DNA of 29,607 nt, from the NCBI GenBank assembly GCA_048938445.1, contig JBHLME010000043.1, positions 4,082 through 33,688 on the forward strand. The letters run 5' to 3'. Numbering within the stretch: the first letter of the stretch is position 1; every line of letters begins with the position of its first letter. This DNA comes from Promethearchaeota archaeon. GTDB lineage: Archaea > Asgardarchaeota > Lokiarchaeia > Sigyniarchaeales > SOKP01. The position numbers and the translations under genes are program-made. Shown here piece after piece: positions 1 to 9,217 of this stretch. A model generated the notes under the pieces. The model was given only the letters and a program-made list of their open reading frames with translations. It had not been told where the DNA came from and did not search any database.

Positions 1-484
1 TTGCTCCACCCCATGGATTAAATCTCTCATCTTTCCAATCTAATCCCATTTCAAAACAAGATGCATATACAACAGGGCTAAATGCTTCGTTTATTTCAAT
101 GAAAGCCATATCATCAAATGACATATTAGCTCTTTTAAGTGCTTCTGGATCAGTAATTTTTGGATTAATTGAAACATTAATTTTTTTCACTCTCCAAAAG
201 CCTTTTTCATTACGAGCAATTTTGACCTCAGCTTCAGAGTTGAAATCATCTACTTTCAAGCCTCTTTTTTGAAGGCAAAATATAAAACTAGCACTAAGAC
301 ATCCTAAAACACCCAAGGCTAATAATCTGGAAGGATTTGGACCTAACATGTCAACTTCTTCTCGATGCTCCTCATCAATATAACAATCCTTTACTTTCAT
401 TGAGCCCATATCACATTTAAAAATCATTTGTGATTCAACTTCGGTTAAATTTATACTTACTTTTGTTCCCATTTCGTCAGACAT
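1..484 (-). CDS. OsmC/Ohr-family protein (partial, runs off window edge); its C-terminal ~42 codons are thiolase-like
   Basis: Not in the ORF track; translated by hand from ATG at 484: MSDEMGTKVSINLTEVESQMIFKCDMGSMKVKDCYIDEEHREEVDMLGPNPSRLLALGVLGCLSASFIFCLQKRGLKVDDFNSEAEVKIARNEKGFWRVKKINVSINPKITDPEALKRANMSFDDMAFIEINEAFSPVVYASCFEMGLDWKDERFNPWGGA. GPNP..LL....GC is the OsmC signature. EINEAF...NPWGGA matches the thiolase C-terminal region. Confidence 0.8.
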   Translation of the reverse strand, partial: MSDEMGTKVSINLTEVESQMIFKCDMGSMKVKDCYIDEEHREEVDMLGPNPSRLLALGVLGCLSASFIFCLQKRGLKVDDFNSEAEVKIARNEKGFWRVKKINVSINPKITDPEALKRANMSFDDMAFIEINEAFSPVVYASCFEMGLDWKDERFNPWGGA

Positions 485-755
485 TTTAGACATACCAATT
501 TTTATTTTATATTTTACTTTGATAGATTCGCTCTTAAATATTTTCAATTTAAATTATTAGATAAGATAATAGGAATTTATTTAGTCAGAATTATTGTCAT
601 ATGTTATAAATATAAGAAAAATTAGGTGTAAATCAACAGTTATTAGGATAATGATGCAAGATCATCTATAATTCATAAATATAATATTTAAGAATCTGGT
701 TATAATGTAATATATTGAAGTTTTTTGAGAATTATATTAAATAAAGGTGTATTTC

Positions 756-1073
756 ATGAGTGAACAAGAACAAGAGATTGAAAAACTGATAATTTCTCCA
801 AACACGTGGATGTGGCCAGATGATGAACATTTGAATTATCACATCGAAGTTGAATTGCCTGGGGCAGAAAAAGATTCAATTTCCTTGAAAATGCATGAAG
901 ATTCTTTCTTTATCAAAGCTGAGACCGAAGATACCGTTTATATTGGATCTTATTCTGTGTGTTGTGAAATTGATCCTTCGAAAGCAGTAGCATCTTATAA
1001 AAATGGTCTTTTAAAGGTAGACGTGCCATTTAGAGAAGCAGAATTCCAAAGTGTAGAAATTAAAATTGATTAA
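756..1073 (+). CDS. Small heat shock protein (Hsp20/alpha-crystallin family)
   Basis: VELPG...A.YKNGLLKVDVP alpha-crystallin motifs and a C-terminal V/I-x-I motif (VEIKI). ATG at 756 follows an AGGTG SD-like site; the track starts at GTG 747. Confidence 0.9.
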   Translation: MSEQEQEIEKLIISPNTWMWPDDEHLNYHIEVELPGAEKDSISLKMHEDSFFIKAETEDTVYIGSYSVCCEIDPSKAVASYKNGLLKVDVPFREAEFQSVEIKID

Positions 1074-1075
1074 AT

Positions 1076-1089
1076 TTTCCTTTTTTTTT
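1076..1089 (+). terminator. Oligo-T archaeal-type terminator after Hsp20
   Basis: TTTTCCTTTTTTTTT-type run directly after the stop codon. Confidence 0.5.
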
Positions 1090-1161
1090 ATTATTAAGTT
1101 TTAAATAGAAAGAAAATAAAAATTATTTAATTATATTATATCAATTAAAAATGGATTAAAT

Positions 1162-1617
1162 ATGGTTGACTCTAAAGAAGCTCAAATATTTTTTGTTGGA
1201 TCAGTTATCACCAGTTTAGTAGCAGCTATCTTAATGATTGCGACAGATTTTGGTAGTTGGTATATCACTGGGTGGGGATATGGTTGGATTGAAGCTAATG
1301 CCACGATAACAGGGGGAATTATAATATTTATAATATCATTGTTCTTCATATGTTTTACTATTTCGATTATCGCACTTATTAAATCCGATTTACTCCCAGA
1401 TATCGTATATCTTATAGGATTATATGTTGCTATTACAATTCTAATCTTGACTATTATAGGAGCAAGCGTATTTGTTGTAGAAATGGTTAAATTGGATCCA
1501 ACGAATTGGTGGTTTGGAGCATCATTTTATGGGGCTCTAATTGGAAGTATCTTGACAACTATTTTCTTTATTTTAGCCTTAATAAAAATGGAACTTTCAT
1601 TTATACCTAAATTTTAA
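1162..1617 (+). CDS. Four-TM membrane protein of unknown function (weak PMP22/claudin-like features)
   Basis: 151 aa with four hydrophobic segments; ATDFGSWY after TM1 and WWFGASFY before TM4. Confidence 0.75.
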   Translation: MVDSKEAQIFFVGSVITSLVAAILMIATDFGSWYITGWGYGWIEANATITGGIIIFIISLFFICFTISIIALIKSDLLPDIVYLIGLYVAITILILTIIGASVFVVEMVKLDPTNWWFGASFYGALIGSILTTIFFILALIKMELSFIPKF

Positions 1618-1804
1618 ATTATCAATTCTACTTTATTTTTTTTATTTTATCTAATAAAATAGTATTAATGTATCTCATACTTTTTTCCTTAACTAATTAA
1701 AAAACCAATTAAAAAAGAGATAATTATGAATTAAAAAATAAAGGTTTTTATATTGAACAATAAATTTATTTTATGATCGTTATGAATTTCTATCTTAAAA
1801 ACGG

Positions 1805-3472
1805 GTGTCAAATATGATTGAAGATGTATTTACATTTATAGTTGGAGGGAAAGCAGGTGAAGGTGTCAAAAAAGCGGGTTCAGTTGTTGCAAAAATCTTT
1901 GCAAAAAAAGGCCTTTATGTATTTGAAATGGATGATTACATGAGCTTGATACGAGGAGGACATAATTTTTCAGTTGTTAGCACCTCTAATAGAGGGATAA
2001 CTAGTCATTACCTGAAAGCTAATGTAATTATATGTTTTGATAAGCGAAGCTACGATATGCATTCTGATAAACTAGCAATTGGAGGTTATTTAATCTATAA
2101 TTCTGACGAAAAAGGAACTATGAAAGGGATTGGCATTCCGTTTTCTTCCGAAGCAAAAAAATATCCCGTAAAAACTCTTTTATTTGGTGTTGGAGCTGTC
2201 GCTTCTTTGGCGGCCATTATTGGAATAGGATTGGAAGAATTAAATCGAATTATTATTGAAGAATATCCTAAGGCAATTGATGATAACATTGCTTATGCTA
2301 AGATAATATATGAAGAAGTAAGTAAAAAGATTGAAACTATTTTAGAACTTGATCAAGGAGAAAAATCACTTCCAATTATTTTTGGGAATCAAGCGATCGC
2401 GCTTGGAGCAATCGCAAGTGGTTTAAGCGTGTATTATGCATATCCAATGACTCCTGCGTCTTCACTCCTTCATTATTTAGCAGATCAAGCTGAGAAGTTA
2501 GGCATAGCAGTCATACACCCTGAAAATGAAATTGCTGTTATGAATATGGCTATAGGTTCGGCGTTTACAGGTGCACGAACGATGGTTGGTACAAGCGGTG
2601 GTGGTTTTGCACTCATGGTTGAGGGATTTTCCTTAGGAGGGATAACTGAAGCTCCAGTCCTTTGTGTTTTATCAATGAGACCTGGCCCTGCAACAGGAGT
2701 TCCTACCTATACGGAGCAAGCAGATTTAAATTTTGCTCTGAGCGCGGGACATGGTGAATTCTTACGAATTGTTGCATCTCCAGGATCTATTGAAGAAGCT
2801 TTTTATTTGTCAGCTGAGATGTTAGATCTCGTCTGGAGATTTCAAACGCCGGGAATATTGCTTACTGAAAAACATTTATCAGAAAGTAGTATGACCGTTG
2901 ATATTCATCTTGAGGAAATTAAAAGGATAAATCCATTAATGTCTGAAAATGAGGATTATAGACGATATCAAGATAATGAAGAAGGAATTTCACCATTCTC
3001 TTTCCCTCCTTCATCTAATGTTATAAAATGGAATAGTTATGAACATGATGATTATGGAATTACAACTGAAGATCCTAATTGGATATCGAAAATGCATGAT
3101 AAAAGAAATAAAAAGGTGAAATCGCTCGAAAATTTAATGAAAAATATGAATACGGTCAATATAACTCGAGGAGAATTACCATTGAATATTTTTACCTACG
3201 GATCTACAACAATGAGCGTACTTGAAGCTTTAAAATATGGAAAATTAAATCCTACAATAGTACAACCTATTTATCTCAATCCATTACCTATTTGGGAATT
3301 GAATGAATTTAAAGATCAAGAAAGCATCGTCATAGAAATGAGTTCTACAGAACAATTCGCTACTTTATTAAGGGAAAAAGTTGGTCTTAAATTTAAAGAA
3401 GTGATCAAAAAGTATGATGGAAGACCTTTTGATCCGATTGATTTATCAAAAAAAATCAAGGAGGTCATCTAA
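1805..3472 (+). CDS. korA: 2-oxoacid:ferredoxin oxidoreductase alpha subunit (gamma-alpha fusion type)
   Basis: GGKAGEGV, SLIRGGHN, YAYPMTPAS, ENEIA, TSGGGFALM, RPGPATGVPT motifs. Substrate specificity is not determinable. Start could be ATG 1814. Confidence 0.93.
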   Translation: MSNMIEDVFTFIVGGKAGEGVKKAGSVVAKIFAKKGLYVFEMDDYMSLIRGGHNFSVVSTSNRGITSHYLKANVIICFDKRSYDMHSDKLAIGGYLIYNSDEKGTMKGIGIPFSSEAKKYPVKTLLFGVGAVASLAAIIGIGLEELNRIIIEEYPKAIDDNIAYAKIIYEEVSKKIETILELDQGEKSLPIIFGNQAIALGAIASGLSVYYAYPMTPASSLLHYLADQAEKLGIAVIHPENEIAVMNMAIGSAFTGARTMVGTSGGGFALMVEGFSLGGITEAPVLCVLSMRPGPATGVPTYTEQADLNFALSAGHGEFLRIVASPGSIEEAFYLSAEMLDLVWRFQTPGILLTEKHLSESSMTVDIHLEEIKRINPLMSENEDYRRYQDNEEGISPFSFPPSSNVIKWNSYEHDDYGITTEDPNWISKMHDKRNKKVKSLENLMKNMNTVNITRGELPLNIFTYGSTTMSVLEALKYGKLNPTIVQPIYLNPLPIWELNEFKDQESIVIEMSSTEQFATLLREKVGLKFKEVIKKYDGRPFDPIDLSKKIKEVI

Positions 3473-3473
3473 A

Positions 3474-4316
3474 ATGGAAAATTTAGGAACAACCGCAGAA
3501 AATACATGGTGTCCTGGTTGTGGGAACTTTGGAATTCTTACAGCGGTAAAAAAAGCTATAGTAAAACTACAGGAGAATGGAATTTCTAAAGATCAAATAG
3601 TAATATGTGCGGGAATTGGATGTAGTGCAAAAATTTTTGATTATTTAAATCTCAGTGGTGTGTATTCCCTACATGGTAGAGACATCGCCACGGCTCAAGG
3701 GATAAAAATAGCGAATCCTGATTTAAAAGTAATATCATTCTCTGGAGATGGAAATGCAATGGGTGAAGGATTATCGCACTTACTATTTGCTGCTAAGCGA
3801 AATGCAGATATTACGATTTTAATGCATGATAATGGAGTATATGCATTGACAACGGGACAATTTACACCTATTACAAATAAAGGTTGGAAAGGCCCTTCTA
3901 CACCAAGAGGTAGTGTAGAAGAACCGTTTAATCCTTTAGCTCTTTTATTGGAAGCTGGAGCAACCTTTCTAGCACGAGCTTATACTGCAAAAATAGACCA
4001 TCTCTCTAATATAATCGTTCAAGCAATTGAGCATAAGGGTTTTTCATTTGTAGATATATTACAACCTTGTGTGAGCTGGAATAATACGTATAATCTCTAT
4101 AATAAAATTGTTGAAGTTCTCGAAAGTGAACCAACAAATTTAGAAGAAGCTTTAAATATCACTAAAATAAAGGAAAAGTTACCAATTGGCGTGATTTGGA
4201 AGAAAAAAAGACCTGTATTTCATGATGCTCTATATGGAAATTTAAATCCCGTTAAAGACGGATTGGCAAGACACACGAGGCTAGAATTTATAAAAAAAAT
4301 ACTAACTAACGATTAA
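3474..4316 (+). CDS. korB: 2-oxoacid:ferredoxin oxidoreductase beta subunit (TPP-binding)
   Basis: WCPGCG, GIGCS, LHGR, GDG...DNGVYALTTGQ, LQPC motifs. Start corrected to ATG 3474, 1 nt after the alpha stop, with GGAGG at 3460-3464. Confidence 0.93.
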   Translation: MENLGTTAENTWCPGCGNFGILTAVKKAIVKLQENGISKDQIVICAGIGCSAKIFDYLNLSGVYSLHGRDIATAQGIKIANPDLKVISFSGDGNAMGEGLSHLLFAAKRNADITILMHDNGVYALTTGQFTPITNKGWKGPSTPRGSVEEPFNPLALLLEAGATFLARAYTAKIDHLSNIIVQAIEHKGFSFVDILQPCVSWNNTYNLYNKIVEVLESEPTNLEEALNITKIKEKLPIGVIWKKKRPVFHDALYGNLNPVKDGLARHTRLEFIKKILTND

Positions 4317-4447
4317 TATCTATTTATTAATATTTTTTTTGTGAAAAAGAGAGATATATATATTTTAACTTTTTTTATCTAATTGAATTAATATTCAACT
4401 TCTAGAATTAAATAAATACTAAAACTAAATTAAAGAGTTCTCTATAG

Positions 4448-5596
4448 GTGATTAAATTAGAAATAGCTCATAAAAGCACTAAATATGCTCCCGCTGAACG
4501 TGAATCTAAAGAGAATATACAAAAGAAATTTAAAAAGTTTAAAAATAACGAGATTTTGAATAAAATTTTAACTAAGATCCCTGCGATTTTTTTAATTCTA
4601 AATAAATATCGACAAGTTGTATATATGAATGAAGGTGCTTTAGAATTCACTGGTTTAGAGGATTTTTCTTCTATTATCGGAAAACGACCCGGCGAAATTT
4701 TAGGTTGTATTCATCATGACGAAGAAGAAGGAGGATGTGGTACTTCGGAATCATGTACTTACTGTGGAGCTGTTAATGTTGTATTATCAAGCCAAAAAGG
4801 CAAGCTCTCAGTTCAGGATTGTAGAATTACTTGTATGCCAAATGAAAAAGCGTTTGATCTTCGCATTTGGGCGGCTCCACTTGAGATAAATGGAGAAGAA
4901 TTTTCTGCAGTTACCATACAAGATATAAGTGATGAAAAACGTCGCGCAATATATGAGAGAATATTTTTTCATGATATTGTTAATACACTCACAGGATTGA
5001 CAGGAACTCTTCAATTTTTACGGGATAATCCCGATAAAATAAATGTAGAGGAGTATCTAGATAAAATTGACTATTTCAATAGAAATATAATGGAAGAGGT
5101 CAATTTTCACCGCATTTTAACAGCCGCGGAGAAAAATTCTTTAAAATTAAATTTAACAAAATTCAAAACATTAGATTTTATTAATCAATTAGTTAGAAGT
5201 TATGCTAACCAACCCATTGCTCGACATAAACAAATTATAATTAATCCGGGTTCAGAGGATATAGAAATAGATTCGGATAAAACTATTCTTAGAAGAATTT
5301 TAAGAAATATTATTAACAATGCATTAGAGGCATCTCAAGAAAATGACATGATAATAATTGGATGGAAAATAAAAGGGAAAAATATTGAATTTTGGATTAA
5401 TAATCCTGGCGTTATTTCTCGAGAAGCAGAATTACAAATTTTTCAACGCTCATTTTCAACTAAAGGGCGCAATAGAGGATTAGGTACTTACAGTATGAAA
5501 TTATTAAGTTCCTTTTTGAATGGAACTGTTGATTTTAATACATCAGAAGAAAAAGGGACTACTTTTAAAGCAATATATCCTTTAAAGCAAAATTAA
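4448..5596 (+). CDS. Cytoplasmic PAS-domain sensor histidine kinase
   Basis: H-box FFHDIVN, N-box NIINNALEA, F/G boxes IFQRSFSTKG..RGLGTY. N-terminal PAS-like region with GCIH...GCGTSESCTYCG. Confidence 0.9.
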   Translation: MIKLEIAHKSTKYAPAERESKENIQKKFKKFKNNEILNKILTKIPAIFLILNKYRQVVYMNEGALEFTGLEDFSSIIGKRPGEILGCIHHDEEEGGCGTSESCTYCGAVNVVLSSQKGKLSVQDCRITCMPNEKAFDLRIWAAPLEINGEEFSAVTIQDISDEKRRAIYERIFFHDIVNTLTGLTGTLQFLRDNPDKINVEEYLDKIDYFNRNIMEEVNFHRILTAAEKNSLKLNLTKFKTLDFINQLVRSYANQPIARHKQIIINPGSEDIEIDSDKTILRRILRNIINNALEASQENDMIIIGWKIKGKNIEFWINNPGVISREAELQIFQRSFSTKGRNRGLGTYSMKLLSSFLNGTVDFNTSEEKGTTFKAIYPLKQN

Positions 5597-5629
5597 TAAT
5601 GTTTAAAATTATAATGATTATAAATTAGT

Positions 5630-6586
5630 TTATTGCTTTTTTTTTTTAATTTTACTAAGATAATCAAAAGCAGAATAAGCAGCAATTACTCCTTCTGAAA
5701 CTCCTGTTATTGCTTGTTTGAAAGGAGCATCAGCAACATCACCAGCAGCATAAATACCTGCGATATTGGTTTCAGATTTACGGTTGATCATTATTTCTTT
5801 CTTATCGTTTACTTTAACTCCTATATCAATAGCAATTTGAGATTGTGGAATGGATCCGACTTCAATAAAGACGCCATCAACTTTAAATTCATCACCATTT
5901 TCAAAAATTACAGATGTTACAGAATTGTTTCCTTTTATTTCTATAATATTTGTATTAATAATGATTTCAATTTTATTATTTTCATCAACTCTCTTTTTGT
6001 TTATCGGTTCTGCACGAATTTCTTCCCCTCTATAAATTATAAACACTTTTTTCGCATGTTGAGAGAGAAATAATGCTTCCTTTGCAGCAGAATCGCTTCC
6101 TCCTATAACAGCTAAGATCTTTTCTTTAAAAAATATTCCGTCACATGTGGCACAATAAGAAACCCCTTTACCTGTGAATTCATCTTCTCCTGGAACATTT
6201 AATTTCTTTCTCTCTGAACCTGTCGCTATGACAACAGTATATGCTTTAAATGACATGAAAAATGACTTTAAAATAAAATAATCATCAACTTTTTCAATAC
6301 TATTTATCTCATCAGTGATATAGGGAATGCTTAAAGAATTGATATGATCACGAAACATTTCCATTAATTCAGGACCACTTACCGATGTAATTCCGGGGTA
6401 ATTTTCAACAATATGAGTAGAGGCAATTAGTCCCCCATAAGTCTTCCCGATAACTAACAGATCGAGAGCAAACCTTGCAGCATATATTGCACAACCAAGA
6501 GCAGTTGGCCCCCCTCCTAAAATGATGATATCATATATCTTATTCGGATCGGGCATTCCAGAATCAATATTAAACATATAAATCAA
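5630..6586 (-). CDS. trxB: Thioredoxin-disulfide reductase (low-MW, FAD/NADPH)
   Basis: GGGP FAD motif, VENYPG, GVSYCATCDG active site, GGSDSA NAD(P)H motif, GIYAAGDV...QAIT. Confidence 0.93.
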   Translation of the reverse strand: MIYMFNIDSGMPDPNKIYDIIILGGGPTALGCAIYAARFALDLLVIGKTYGGLIASTHIVENYPGITSVSGPELMEMFRDHINSLSIPYITDEINSIEKVDDYFILKSFFMSFKAYTVVIATGSERKKLNVPGEDEFTGKGVSYCATCDGIFFKEKILAVIGGSDSAAKEALFLSQHAKKVFIIYRGEEIRAEPINKKRVDENNKIEIIINTNIIEIKGNNSVTSVIFENGDEFKVDGVFIEVGSIPQSQIAIDIGVKVNDKKEIMINRKSETNIAGIYAAGDVADAPFKQAITGVSEGVIAAYSAFDYLSKIKKKKQ

Positions 6587-6768
6587 TAAATTAGGTTACA
6601 ATAATTGATTATAATAGTAAAAGAATTTTTTTAAAGTTATGAATTTTCAAATAAAAGTATTCTTTTAATTTCTTAGGATGACCACAATATTTATGATATA
6701 ACTATAATTTATGGATAAATGCTGAAAATTAAACAAAAATAAAAAATATTAAAAAAGATATGGTTGAT

Positions 6769-7482
6769 TTAATTGCTACTGCTTGGTTTAGGCATGAAAT
6801 TATATAACCACAGCGCAAATTCTCGTGGATTTCTTGATTGCATGATAACTCGTCCAGGGCCAGTCAATTGAGCGATTAATCCCTCTCCTGAAAGAAAAGT
6901 TGACTTTAGACCTCCAACTCTTTTAATATCAAAAGTAACACTTGTCTCCATTGCGACTAGATGTCCATTATCACAATTGAAGATTTGACCATCTCCAAGA
7001 TTGATTTCATGGAAGGCACCCATGGAACCTATAAATAAATCCCCAGGACCATTTAATGCTTCAACTCGTAAGAAAAAAGCTCTTTCTCCTCCAAAAATTC
7101 CTCTCTTTAAACCTAAGAAATTTGTTTGTGTTTCAAAATGCATAGAACTCGCAACAAAGCTACCACTAAAGAGAATCCAACTTTCATTCTGCTTTAAAGG
7201 TATATGCATCATATCTCCAGGAAATGCGGGAGCCAAACCTAGATATCCATCATCATGAGCGGTAAAAGTATTCATGAAAAAGGTTTCTCCAGCAAGAACG
7301 CGTTTCAATGACTTTAAAAAACTTTTAGAAGCTTTTTTTGTAGAAATTTCTAAAGTAGGTTCAAAATAAATCATTGTTCCCCCCTCGCATTGTATCATCT
7401 GACCTTTTTTTAAATGTATTCTTAGATAAGAAAAAGTAGGGGTTTCAAAAACATCATATTCATATTCTATTCCTTGTGGCAT
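6769..7482 (-). CDS. AIM24/TIGR00266-family protein
   Basis: GETFFMNTF, LAPAFPGD, DNGHLVA, SGEGL...LTGPGRVIMQSR motifs. Confidence 0.88.
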   Translation of the reverse strand: MPQGIEYEYDVFETPTFSYLRIHLKKGQMIQCEGGTMIYFEPTLEISTKKASKSFLKSLKRVLAGETFFMNTFTAHDDGYLGLAPAFPGDMMHIPLKQNESWILFSGSFVASSMHFETQTNFLGLKRGIFGGERAFFLRVEALNGPGDLFIGSMGAFHEINLGDGQIFNCDNGHLVAMETSVTFDIKRVGGLKSTFLSGEGLIAQLTGPGRVIMQSRNPREFALWLYNFMPKPSSSN

Positions 7483-7498
7483 ATTTAATCATATTTCA

Positions 7499-7556
7499 AA
7501 TGTTTTATGTGAATAAATGACTCATGCTATCATTATAAACCTTTGCATAAAACATT
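7499..7556. repeat. Perfect 11-bp inverted repeat with an inner 5-bp stem, enclosing a TATA-like box
   Basis: AATGTTTTATG (7499-7509) / CATAAAACATT (7546-7556); inner AATGA (7516-7520) / TCATT (7530-7534); minus-strand TTTATAA at 7539-7533. Confidence 0.5.
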
Positions 7557-7643
7557 ATTTTATCATTTAATCAGATATTAAACAATAAAGATGTTGATTA
7601 GTGGATATGATTGACATTAGATCTAATTCTTTTTTAAAAAAGT

Positions 7644-8327
7644 TTAATATTGAACACGAATGTTTCCTCCAATCAAGGATCTCAAAACTACGTCAGGTCC
7701 AACCAACCCAGAAATGGCTTTTTGATCATTTACTATGGTGTATGGTACTCCGGCTGCATCGTAATATTGACCAATATCTAAATTCGCTGAAATATCAATT
7801 ATTACAGTTCTAATTTTTCCATCTCCTGCTATTGCAAATAAATTTGCTATACTTACCATCTGAGGGCAATATGGGCAAGTATTTGTAATCATTACTTTAA
7901 TCGTTGAAGGCTTAATCCTGTTAAGGTTTTGTTTTATAGTTGCGGCATAATAATTTGGTGCTCCTGCGAAAGCAAAAAGGGCTTGGACAAATGGTTGAAT
8001 TTCTTGCCCTCTTGGAGCTGCTAAATATCTAATTATCTCCCTTCCATTATCATCTATGAATAAAATGGTAGGTACTCTTTGAATATCATATTGCTGCGCA
8101 AATTTGGGATTATCATCAATTGATAATTCTTCTATAGTAAGCATGCCATTAGAATGTTCTTCATAAATTCTCAAGAGAGCCATGAATTGATCACAATCCA
8201 TGCATGCTTGAATTTTCCTACCATTTGGTTCGATACCTCTTGAAGTAAATACTTTTAACTTTACAGGTTTTTTTAATTTTGCCATTTCTTGATTGATTAC
8301 TTGTTTGTAATGGTCATCTGAAGCCAT
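7644..8327 (-). CDS. Protein disulfide oxidoreductase (two thioredoxin folds, PDO/AhpF-NTD-like)
   Basis: Two CxxC sites (CMDC, CPYC) and two cis-Pro loops (RVPT, GVPY). Confidence 0.88.
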   Translation of the reverse strand: MASDDHYKQVINQEMAKLKKPVKLKVFTSRGIEPNGRKIQACMDCDQFMALLRIYEEHSNGMLTIEELSIDDNPKFAQQYDIQRVPTILFIDDNGREIIRYLAAPRGQEIQPFVQALFAFAGAPNYYAATIKQNLNRIKPSTIKVMITNTCPYCPQMVSIANLFAIAGDGKIRTVIIDISANLDIGQYYDAAGVPYTIVNDQKAISGLVGPDVVLRSLIGGNIRVQY

Positions 8328-8358
8328 TTTTACTTACACCTCCTTTATTAATTCACTC

Positions 8359-9048
8359 TCATGAATACATTCCATCAAAATCTCTTTTTCCTTTTGTTAA
8401 TTTTTCTAAAATGTCTTGAAGTGTTACCATTCCGGAGATTTGATCCTTTTCATTGATTAAAGTATGAGGTACTCCTTGAACGTTATATTTTAGTGCAATG
8501 TCTGGATTCATGTTAATATCAATAATCTCGACTTTAATCTTTCCTTTTGATAATAAAGCGACCAGATTCAATAAAGGGACAATCCCCGGACAATATGGGC
8601 ATGTCAGTGTTATGAATAATTTGATGATTGATTTTTCAATTTTTTTCAAACTTGAAGCTATCACATCTCTATAGTAAGAATTTACTCCAGAGAAGTATTG
8701 TAAGGTTTCAATGAATGGAGCTAGCTCGGGGCCTGTTGGGTTTGCCGTGTATCTTATCACTTCTTTTTCATTTTTGTCCATAAAAAGAATCGTTGGAATT
8801 CTAACTACATTATATTTTTCGGCAATATCTTGGTTTTCTTCAGTTGATATTTCTTCAATTTTTAATTTATTATTAGATAATTCTGATAATGTTTGCAACA
8901 GGTTAAAAATCCCTTCACAGGCCATACATTTCCTTAGTTTATTTCCATCTTCGCCATTTTTATAGTCTGTAAATAATTTTATTGTAATATCGTCTTTTAA
9001 TTTTTCCATTCCTCTTTTAATATTTTCTATCTCATTAGTCGAGAACAT
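8359..9048 (-). CDS. Protein disulfide oxidoreductase paralog (PDO/AhpF-NTD-like)
   Basis: CMAC and CPYC sites, RIPT and GVPH loops; colinear with the downstream paralog. Confidence 0.88.
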   Translation of the reverse strand: MFSTNEIENIKRGMEKLKDDITIKLFTDYKNGEDGNKLRKCMACEGIFNLLQTLSELSNNKLKIEEISTEENQDIAEKYNVVRIPTILFMDKNEKEVIRYTANPTGPELAPFIETLQYFSGVNSYYRDVIASSLKKIEKSIIKLFITLTCPYCPGIVPLLNLVALLSKGKIKVEIIDINMNPDIALKYNVQGVPHTLINEKDQISGMVTLQDILEKLTKGKRDFDGMYS

Positions 9049-9217
9049 TACTAATTCTTCTCCTTTTTACCCATTCTAATATTTATTAGGGAATATTCAA
9101 TTAAAATTTTATTACATTAAAATCATAAATCATTAACCTTAATGCTCTAGATTGAATAACTATTTAGGATTATTTTTTAATACTTTAAAAGTTTAAAAAT
9201 TAAGTTTTAAAATAAGT

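Noticed and set aside
3414-3473. N-terminal extension of korB in the ORF track
   Set aside because: Overlaps korA; ATG 3474 has a GGAGG SD and gives the family-typical N-terminus.
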